64,000 bases of DNA from Eledone cirrhosa (lineage: Eukaryota), in NCBI GenBank assembly GCA_964016885.1, contig OZ024760.1, positions 27,714,001-27,778,000 on the forward strand. Direction: 5' to 3'. Within the stretch, counting starts at the first letter, position 1. Every line of letters starts with the position of its first letter. Positions 55,375 through 64,000 of the stretch are shown piece after piece. The translations under genes and the position numbers were made by a program. The notes beneath the pieces are model-generated. The model had not been told where the DNA came from. It saw only the letters and a list, made by a program, of their open reading frames with translations, and did no database searches.

Positions 55375-56096
55375 TGTTTGACATGCCTGCTGTAAATGAT
55401 GTTGTCCAAATGAAAATCAAGTCTGATATAGTTTAGCAATAGATCAAATAAAGAGCCTTGCTCAAAGACATGCCACCAAGTCCATAAATTGAAATCCTGA
55501 CCTAAAAATTGTGAATATAGCACACTAACCAGCAAGCCACATACATGCCGTAACCCTTACATGTTCAAACCGGTCAAAAGCAGCCAGAATTCTCTACCTC
55601 TTTTTGTCTAGACAAATCACAGAGGCAATAAACATAAAAGAATTACAACCAAAATTAAATAGAAAATATGAGTGGAACAGCAACATCACAACTTACAATT
55701 AAGGACAAAATGAAAACACACACACACATAGAACAAACAACCAACCAGTAACATGTAAATAAATAAATAAATAAATGAACATAAACACACACAGACACCC
55801 GGATGTGGCGCATGCGCAGACTAAGCACGCAACACACACACAGAAACAAAATGGCGTAGGACAGAACAAAGGAGAGGCACAAAAACAAAGAAAAGAATCC
55901 CCAGTCACTGAAGAGGTCACAGAATGTGTGACGAAAGAACTTTGACAATATATAAACAACTATCTGGTTGTGGAACCAACCAACCAACCAGAAATTTATA
56001 GATTTATTCCTAAATTTATAAATTTATTATAATAAATTGAAGTGAAAGCAACTGGTGCGTGTGTTTCTTATTGGCAACATGACCCTCCCAAAGTAT

Positions 56097-56151
<55 letters not shown>

Positions 56152-56153
<2 letters not shown>

Positions 56154-56649
56154 TATGGATATGAAAACAAGACGTGGTGCGTGGTTGCAAATGGGTTACA
56201 TATGAATAAAGTTAGTCCTTCATCAGTGATCTTCCAACCTTCATTGGTATTTCATCACTTTAAAGACCATATACCTCCGGTTGGTGCGAGCAACGGCTAA
56301 AGAAAGTCGTTGGGACATGTAAATAAGGAGAACGAGTGAGACTGTAAACAATCAAAGATGGTAATGCAACGAAAAGTGAGGAAGAAGGAGTCAAGTCCCA
56401 GAATTCTATGAATATAAGTTCTCGTCCACGATTTCACAGAACTTATATTCATAGAATTCTGGGACTTGACTCCTTCCTCCTCACTTTTCGTTGCATTACC
56501 ATCTTTGATTGTTTACAGTCTCACTCGTTCCCCTTATTTACGTGTCCCAACGACTTTCTTTAGCCGTTGCTCGCACCAACCGGAGGTATATGGTCTTTAA
56601 AGTGATGAAATACCAATAAAGGTTGGAAGATCACTGATGAAGGACTAAC

Positions 56650-56660
<11 letters not shown>
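56152..56660. mobile_element. Fold-back element, family H (223-bp arms 56200-56422 / 56438-56660 + ~50-bp tail)
   Basis: Long palindrome with a few mismatches; (TA)n on both sides. Confidence 0.82.
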
Positions 56661-56694
<34 letters not shown>

Positions 56695-57089
56695 GGCTGG
56701 ACTAAAAAGTCACACTCATTCAGCGCATCGGTAGGGGTTCTCCTACATGGATATAAAGTAGTGGCCGTACTCGAAAACGAGTTGGCAGCCACGTTGTATG
56801 TATGTATGTATGTATGTATATATTTATGAAATATTTACTTCTGCGTTCACAGATTGATTTTTTTATTTTAATTTCAGAAGATCCCGTTAAGGGTGACGAC
56901 AAATTCTTTTTATAAGCACAAAATGGTATTCCGTACTTCTCTGTACTGTTATATATATATATATATAATTATATATTCATGTACAGATATTTTTGTATAC
57001 ACAATAACAAAATATAAACAAACGTATTTATTTCATGAGGCTCGATAAGGATAAATATATATCAAATATATAAGAACCTTAGAGCAAAT

Positions 57090-57118
57090 CCTGAGCAACG
57101 CCAGGCCATTCTGCTAGT
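57090..57118 (+). mobile_element. Possible Helitron 3' terminus (hairpin + CTAG)
   Basis: cctgagcaacgccagg ccattctg CTAG t; a similar end lies on the minus strand at 57858-57886. Confidence 0.4.
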
Positions 57119-57171
57119 ACCTACTAAAAGAGTTCCAATAGCAGACTGGATAGTTACTCTACCACCATTCA

Positions 57172-57455
57172 TACATCATCATCGTGTAAAGTCCATTTTT
57201 TCATGCTAGCATGGGTTAGACGAGTTGTCCCATTGTGAAACAAGTCAGCTCAGATGACCATGTCTTGTTCGTACAGAACTGTTTCTGGTTTGGTTTCTAC
57301 AGCTGGATGTCTTTCCTAATGCCAACGACATTTACAGTGTGGAGTGAATGTTTTTTATCATGGCACTAAAACAACCACTTGTTGTGTCAACAACAAGACC
57401 ACTTTACAGTATGGACTGGGTGTTTATTTTGGGGGTCACCAGCACAACCCCTTTA
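57172..57455 (-). mobile_element. RTE-type 3' UTR fragment
   Basis: (cat)n..gctagcatgggttagac..ttctacagctggatg. Confidence 0.75.
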
Positions 57456-57594
57456 CCATTGGTACTTTGCAAAACCAACATTGAAGTAATGATCATCTTT
57501 ATAGGCTGATATTTTCTGTCACGTTTCCATTCTTTCTCACTCTTGTTCTTTCTTTCAACCTTTTTCCTTTCACTTTGATCTAATATTCTTTCAG

Positions 57595-57822
57595 TGACAG
57601 CCAATGTTAACTGCCCTAAAATGAATATTGGCTTAACTGTTTCGTTTGAGGCCCAGATCGAGGCAACGTTTACAGAAAAGAAAACCACCATCTTGATAAC
57701 GGAATATTTCCAGGCCCCTGATGAATATAATTCTGAGTTAGCTTCTATCTCCCAGACAATCAATGGTGAACAAATAATGAGTATCCTTAACTACACATCA
57801 AACCAGTGTTTCTACATTGCAG
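57595..57822 (+). CDS. Internal coding exon (228 bp, phase 1-1) of probable secreted protein
   Basis: Pyrimidine tract + ttcag| acceptor; cag|gtacag donor; (V)TANVNCPKMNIGLTVSFEAQIEATFTEKKTTILITEYFQ...LNYTSNQCFYIA. Confidence 0.72.
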
Positions 57823-58038
57823 GTACAGTATTGTCTTCATGTCAGTCTTTATATGATACTAGCTGAATTACCCGTGCCTTGATGCATTTCACACATTTTT
57901 TTATTTTTTTGTAAGAAAATGATGATTGATTTTAAAACAGTGATATAATTTATGGAGAAAAACTCTGCATTTCAATATTACTCAATGTAAAATGTAATGC
58001 ATGAAAAATTTGAAAACATTATTTTTTGTAATATATCG

Positions 58039-58160
58039 TCTGAGTGCAAATCCCGCCGAGGTTAACTTTGCCTTTCATCCTTATGGGGTCGATAAAATAA
58101 AGTACCAGTAATACACTGGGATAATTGCTGGCCTTGTGCCTAAAAGTAGAAACAATTATT
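58039..58160 (+). mobile_element. tRNA-SINE, 5'-truncated
   Basis: Matches 36100-36218. Confidence 0.8.
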
Positions 58161-58582
58161 TTTTGTAATATATCAAATCAAAATTACATTATTAAATCTT
58201 ATTCTTATTTTGTTTCTTGTAAATAATTTTTTTCAAAATATCAATTCAAAACTTGATCATTTCATTTTTGTGTAAAGCATTATTTTATTTGGGCTTCAAA
58301 AATTTTAGGGTGTCTTAATATTATTGAAATTTTCTGAATAGACATCATATCTTGTCATTTACCTATGGTTTAAATTTCACATAAATTGAATGGAAAATAT
58401 TTTCAGCAGGGGTTTGTTCCCCTGGGAAAGCCTTTGATTAACATGAAATATACTTATCCAAGTACCCTGGGCAATGTAGTTTCAGAATATATATGGTTAT
58501 TTGGGTCTATCTCCAAAACTATAGAAGGAGTTCGTGAACAAACAAACAAACAGACAGGAACTACAACTTTATATAGATAGAT

Positions 58583-58937
<355 letters not shown>

Positions 58938-61117
58938 TATCATCATCATCATCATCATTTAACGTCTATCTTCTACGCTAGCATGGGTGTAGACGGGAAT
59001 TGTCCCACGTGAGGCAAGATTGGTTGTCTCATTCGTATAGGACTGTGTGGTAGGTTTTCTACGACTGGATGCCCTTCCTAACACCAACCACGTTTACAGT
59101 GTGGACTGGGAGGTTTTTACCGTGTTACCTACACGGCCACATTACAGTGTGGACTCTGTGTTTTTTTTGTCGTGACACCTTCACGACCTCATTTATTTAA
59201 GACTGGATGTTGTGGTACCAACATAACTTTACAGAGAAAGGGGTGGTGTAGATGGCGGTGGGGTAGGGGTAGTGGGATGGGGGTGTATTTTTGATTAAGA
59301 GGTTGCCTACTGACTGTAGGTTTCGCTTTGTACTTAGGCAAGGCGGGTCTTCTGTATTACTGCATAGCGCCAAAGATCTCGGTCCAGTGAGATTGTCTTG
59401 GAGAGGTGTAAGTGATGCCTACTGACTGTTTTGATAGAGATGCCTACTGACTGTAGTAGGTTTTTACTTTGTATTTAGGTAAGGCGGGTCTTCTCTATTA
59501 CTGAGTACCGCCAAAGGTCTCGGTCCAGTGACATTGTCTTGGAGAGGTGTAAGCGTGTGAGGTCGGAATTTATCAGCTCGTCCCATGTTTTTCTGGGTCT
59601 GCCTACTCCGTGGCTACCGTCTATCTTTATTGCCCTGCACTTTGTTATACAGCTGTCGTCTTTCATGCGCATCACGTGACCGTACCAACGTAGCCTTCTC
59701 TCGAGTAAACAACATCTGATCCCTCTTATTTCTAATTTTTTCCTTAGTTCGTTTATGCTTTGCCGTTCACATATATTACTATTGCACATCCAGCGGAGCA
59801 TGCAAGCTTCGTTCCTCTCTAGTCTGCGTATATCCTCTGCACACAATGCCCAGGTCTCACTGCCATGCAGCATTGCTGTTCGTATGCAGGCATCGTATAA
59901 CCTGCCTTTCATTTTTAGGGAGAACCCTCTAGCGGCTAATAGTGGTATAAGCTCTCTGAACTTTTTCCATCCAGTTCTGACTCTAGCTACTGTACTTTCA
60001 GAGCACCCTCCCCCACTGCTGATTTTGTCACCCAGGTAACGGAAGCTGTCCACTATTTCTATAGAACCCTCTGCGCAGTTGAGGGAGCTAGTATTTTGTG
60101 GGCACTTGCTGCTACTTATTGCACCAGAGCACCGGCCACATGTAAAATCTATGTTCTTAGTTAGCTTACCTGTGATCCCACTACATCTTTTATGCACCCA
60201 TACTTTGCATTTGGGACATAAAATGGAGTTTCTACCTACGCCTTTCCTACACACTGAGCATGGCCATTTCCCAGATGGGACTGCCGCCTTATTTTCTTTC
60301 CTACAAACTAGAACTTTAGTCTTAGCCAGGTTAATTTTAAGGCCTTTTGATTCTAGGCCGTGCTTCCATGTTTGGAATTTCTTCTCTAGTTCGGTCATTG
60401 ATTCAGCTATGAGCGTTAGATCATCTGCGTATAGGAGTTCCCATGGGCAGCCGGTCTTGAACTCCTCTGTTATAGCCTGAAGGGCAATAATAAATAGTAG
60501 GGGGCTAAGAACAGAGCCCTGATGGACACCAACTTTTACGCTAAACTCTTCACTATATTCGTTGTTAATTCTAACCTTACTGACTGTTTCTTTATACATG
60601 GCTTGTATAGCTCTCACAAGCCATTCGTCAACACCTAGTTTTCTAAGAGACCACCAGATAATGGAACGGGGGACTCTGTCGAAGGCTTTCTCCAAGTCGA
60701 CGAAAGCTAAGTATAGGGGTTTACTTTTAGCTAGGTACTTCTCCTGTAGTTGTCGTACAATGAAAAGAGCGTCTGTGGTACTTTTGCCTGACACAAATCC
60801 GAACTGCATTTCATCTAGATCAATTCTCTCTCTGATTAGTTGTGCTATTACTTTTTCCGTGACCTTCATGACCTGGTCGATTAATTTAATGCCTCTATAG
60901 TTACTCCTATCTAGGGCATCTCCTTTTCCATTATAGCAGTTAACGATGATGCTGCTACGCCAGTCCTTCGGAACAACCCCATTCTGTACGACTTGGTTAA
61001 CTATCGGGGTGACCATGGTGTGTCCCACCGAACCAGATGCCTTCAGCATCTCAGCAACTATTTCCGAAGGACCAGCCGCCTTACCCGTCTTCATATCTTT
61101 GATTGCCTTGCTTATTG
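58938..61117 (-). mobile_element. RTE-clade LINE, subfamily B, 5'-truncated with open RT ORF
   Basis: ORF 59475-61117: NYRGIKL, DLEKAFDRVP, GVHQGSVLSP, YADD, FRYLG, RRLRWYGH; (gat)n tail. Confidence 0.95.
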
Positions 61118-61378
61118 TAACACCAACCACATTTACAGTGTGGACTGTATATATATATATATATAAGGTAAAAAGCAAGTAAGTTAATCAGGAGGAGAGA
61201 AAGGTGTTTAGTTATGCAGATTACCATCCAATAGAGAGGAGGTTAGTGTGCTCAATACATATAGATTGTTAGACTAGCAAGCCATGTGATTAGATGGAAA
61301 GAGAGATAGTTTAACAGTCGTATGATAAGCAAAGCAAAAAATCATATTTAAAATGCTGGAGAGAACAACAAAGATTTA

Positions 61379-61414
<36 letters not shown>

Positions 61415-61417
<3 letters not shown>

Positions 61418-61612
61418 CGAAGGAGTTGTGGTAAGGAACCAGATGGACCATAACGCACCAGTGTACTCAAAACTTAGGGTAGTAGAGTGGGTAATAGGAA
61501 AATGTATGACCCCAACAGCAGAGCTCAAGCCGTTTTGACGGCTATTTCTGAGTCCAGAAATAGCTGTCGAAACGGCTTGAGCTCTACCGTCGGGGTCAGA
61601 CATTTTCCTATA
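61415..61612 (-). mobile_element. Fold-back element, family D (copy 2)
   Basis: Same tail and fold-back point as 26605-26802. Confidence 0.78.
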
Positions 61613-61675
61613 TATATATATATATATATATACATACAACATAGAAAACAATCAAATTTTTGTTTAATGCATTTA

Positions 61676-61726
61676 ATTGCTGACGATCGTTTCTTCCAGA
61701 CAAATGTCTCGAATCATCAGCGCATA
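61676..61726 (-). ncRNA. Minimal hammerhead motif with palindromic GAAAC-GAUC-GUC stem III
   Basis: Reverse complement: atgcg CTGATGA ttcgagac attt gtctggaa GAAAC gatc GTC agcaat; stem I is weak. Confidence 0.68.
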
Positions 61727-61862
61727 CACAATGTTAAAACAAATAAATTCCTAATCTTTAGAAGTGTAATACAAAATATTACCCTTATCTTATTTATAAC
61801 TGTATATAGATTATATATATAAGTATACATATTATTATTATTATTATTTTATATATATATAA

Positions 61863-62053
61863 GGGCGGTGGATTGGCAGTATCAGTAGAGGGTCAGGCGC
61901 CATGCTTTCGAGCATAGTTACGTCCTTTTACGATCTGTGTTCAAATCCCGCCGAGGTTGACTTTGCCTTTCATCCTTACGGGGTCGATAAAATAAAGTAC
62001 CAGTAATGCACTGGGTAATTGCTGGCCTTGTGCCTAAAGTAGAAACAATTATT
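61863..62053 (+). mobile_element. tRNA-derived SINE
   Basis: Matches 36030-36218. Confidence 0.85.
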
Positions 62054-62054
62054 T

Positions 62055-62101
<47 letters not shown>

Positions 62102-62350
62102 CGTCATCATCATCATCATCATCATCACTGTTTTACGTCCATTCTTCCACGCTAGCATGGGTTAGACGGGCTGACTTGTTGCGGGCAATGCCAGGTCAGG
62201 TGACCTTGTCTTGCTCATACGGTAGACATAGATGCAATTTAATTCAAGCACTCAGTATCAAAATAAGAATGGCGGAATATATTTAGAAGAAAATATAAAT
62301 ATCTGGTCCCTGGCAGTGTTGTAGATGTTAAAGAGTTCAATTTTAATAAA

Positions 62351-62423
62351 GCTCTGATACATATTTCAATGACAATCTCGGTCACTTGATTATTTAACCA
62401 TTTACGTGATCTCATCAGACAGC
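62351..62423 (-). ncRNA. Hammerhead motif of family I (AUC site)
   Basis: Reverse complement: gctgt CTGATGA gatcac...attgtcatt GAAAT atgt ATC agagc; stem II is irregular. Confidence 0.55.
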
Positions 62424-62554
62424 AACATTAGGTAAAAGGTTAGGTTACCGTGGCAGTCCAGGATGCAAAGGAATCGACAAAATATTATGTTTTTGCATTC
62501 GCAACAAAAACAAAATGCTAAATCATTATGAGATGTTAAAAGGGTTAAAAGGGT

Positions 62555-62748
62555 TTCTGATTTAGGCACAAGCCCAACAATTTTGGGCGAGGAGAGTCGA
62601 TTCAATCGACCCCCAGTGAATTACTGGTACTTTATTTTATCCACCTTGTAAGGATGAAAAGCAAAACTAACCTTGGCAGGATCTGAATTGAAAACATAAA
62701 GGGCTGTAACTCTATGCCACAAAGTATGTTGTCCGACTACTACCAATT
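62555..62748 (-). mobile_element. tRNA-derived SINE, degenerate
   Basis: ttaggcacaag..caattttg..tcgacccccagtg..actggtactttattttatc. Confidence 0.75.
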
Positions 62749-62801
62749 CCTCAACAATGGTCTGTATGTGTAATTTCCACGTATTCTCTTTCTTATCCCA
62801 G

Positions 62802-62932
62802 ATGATGTGTGCACTGTTGTGGATAGAATCCCTCCGTTTACTAACATAGTACCAGACAACCCAAATGATTTGGCCAGCGCATTCATTTTTTCAACCAAAG
62901 AATTACTTCGGCTAACTGATGATGCCAAATGC
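62802..62932 (+). CDS. Internal coding exon (131 bp, phase 1-0) continuing the same gene
   Basis: ttctctttcttatcccag| acceptor; tgc|gtaagt donor; (D)DVCTVVDRIPPFTNIVPDNPNDLASAFIFSTKELLRLTDDAKC. Confidence 0.72.
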
Positions 62933-62999
62933 GTAAGTAGAAATAGTAGCAGCTATTGCTACATCATTCATGCCAAATTATAGATGAATCACCCTACAT

Positions 63000-63095
<96 letters not shown>

Positions 63096-63156
63096 ATTAG
63101 AACCCTGTAACCATTAAGCTCTAAGTATAAAGTACAAATAAATACTGAGCCGATTA

Positions 63157-63239
63157 ACAATATATAGTAAGAAACACAGTAAACCGTGTGTCTTGTAATT
63201 TTAGACACACGGTTTACTGTGTTTCTTACTATATATTGT
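63157..63239. repeat. Perfect 37-bp inverted repeat (fold-back family J), TA-flanked
   Basis: acaatatatagtaagaaacacagtaaaccgtgtgtct / agacacacggtttactgtgtttcttactatatattgt. Confidence 0.88.
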
Positions 63240-63362
63240 ATATATATATATATATATAACGAAGGAAATGTGGTAAGGAACCAGGTGGACCATAACGCAC
63301 CAAAGTACTCAATACTTAGGGTAGTAGAGTGGGTAATAGGAATAAGTCTTACTTGTTCCTAT

Positions 63363-63592
63363 ATCATCATCATCATCATCATCATCATCAACGTTTAACG
63401 TCCGTGTTCCACGCTTGCATGGGTTTGGACGGGGGTTTTCCCACTTGAGGCAAGAGTGATTATCTTGCTCACATAGGACTGTCTGGCGGGTTTTCTACAG
63501 CTGGATGCCCTTCCTAACACCAACCACATTTACAGTGTGGGGCTGGGAGGTTTTTACCATGTTGCCTACACGGCCACATTACAGCGTGGACT
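63363..63592 (-). mobile_element. RTE subfamily B 3' UTR fragment
   Basis: Matches 13580-13793. Confidence 0.85.
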
Positions 63593-63619
63593 ATATATAT
63601 ATAATAAATATATAGAATA

Positions 63620-63694
63620 AATTCTTTCTGATGATTGAAGGCAGATGTAAATTTCAAGCTCGTCTGTCTTCATGAAACCTTTGGTAAATGAATT
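63620..63694 (+). ncRNA. Type I hammerhead motif (GUA site) related to the Penelope-like 3' hammerhead
   Basis: aattcttt CTGATGA ttgaaggcagatg..cgtctgtcttcat GAAAC ctttg GTA aatgaatt, followed by cttatgttgttt as at 33968. Confidence 0.78.
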
Positions 63695-63870
63695 AATTAT
63701 CTTATGTTGTTTAATGTATAACTATATATATATATAAAAACAATAAGTTTTATGGTTAACTGAGCTGATTTTATAACAGACATGAAGCACTCTACTCTAC
63801 AGTATTTATCTGGAGTATTATTAATGTTAACAATATTAATAAATGGAAAGTATCTATATAATACCATATT

Positions 63871-63930
63871 TATTTTATTATAAGTATTTCAAGGATACTA
63901 AATTTTAGTGTGCTTTCATCAGATAAAATA
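63871..63930 (-). ncRNA. Minimal hammerhead motif in a family A-like fold-back running off the window end
   Basis: Reverse complement: tattttat CTGATGA aagcacacta..tagtatcctt GAAAT actt ATA ataaaata; palindrome centre near 63977. Confidence 0.68.
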
Positions 63931-64000
63931 TAATATTTGGTGTTAAAATATTGACATACCTTAGTGTAAACTTATACTAGTAAGCTTACACTAAGGTATG

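Larger units (their letters stand above)
53231..55389. mobile_element. hAT-type MITE with both subterminal regions expanded into tandem arrays
   Basis: TIRs cagacatgtcaaac / gtttgacatgcctg; 8-bp TSD ctgtatat / ctgtaaat (7/8). Confidence 0.8.

Noticed and set aside
56600-56650. Permuted hammerhead (GAAA before CTGATGA)
   Set aside because: Stems adjacent to the core do not pair.

Overview
Eukaryotic, AT-rich, extremely repeat-dense genomic DNA. The SINE/LINE repertoire and (TA)n/(GAT)n microsatellites suggest an invertebrate, probably a cephalopod (inference). Most ORF-track entries are artefacts of microsatellites and tandem repeats. Supported content: (i) several 22-48 bp tandem arrays, most sitting inside or derived from transposable elements; (ii) non-LTR retrotransposons (two RTE subfamilies, a CR1-group LINE, an R4/Dong-like RLE element in (TAA)n, a Tx1/L1-like remnant), Gypsy remnants, tRNA-derived SINEs and a hAT-type MITE; (iii) a Penelope-like element (Naiad-like RT plus C-terminal GIY-YIG) within a ~2.7 kb near-perfect inverted repeat; (iv) three phase-compatible + strand exons of a probable secreted host protein (50841-50922, 57595-57822, 62802-62932). 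The most striking signal is about 18 hammerhead-ribozyme motifs (CUGANGA...GAAA...UH), found by eye. Many sit in short non-coding fold-back elements of several unrelated families that lie in (TA)n, share the inverted-arm + tail layout of the Penelope-like element, and often fold back at ribozyme stem II. Coordinates were read manually and may be off by a few bases.
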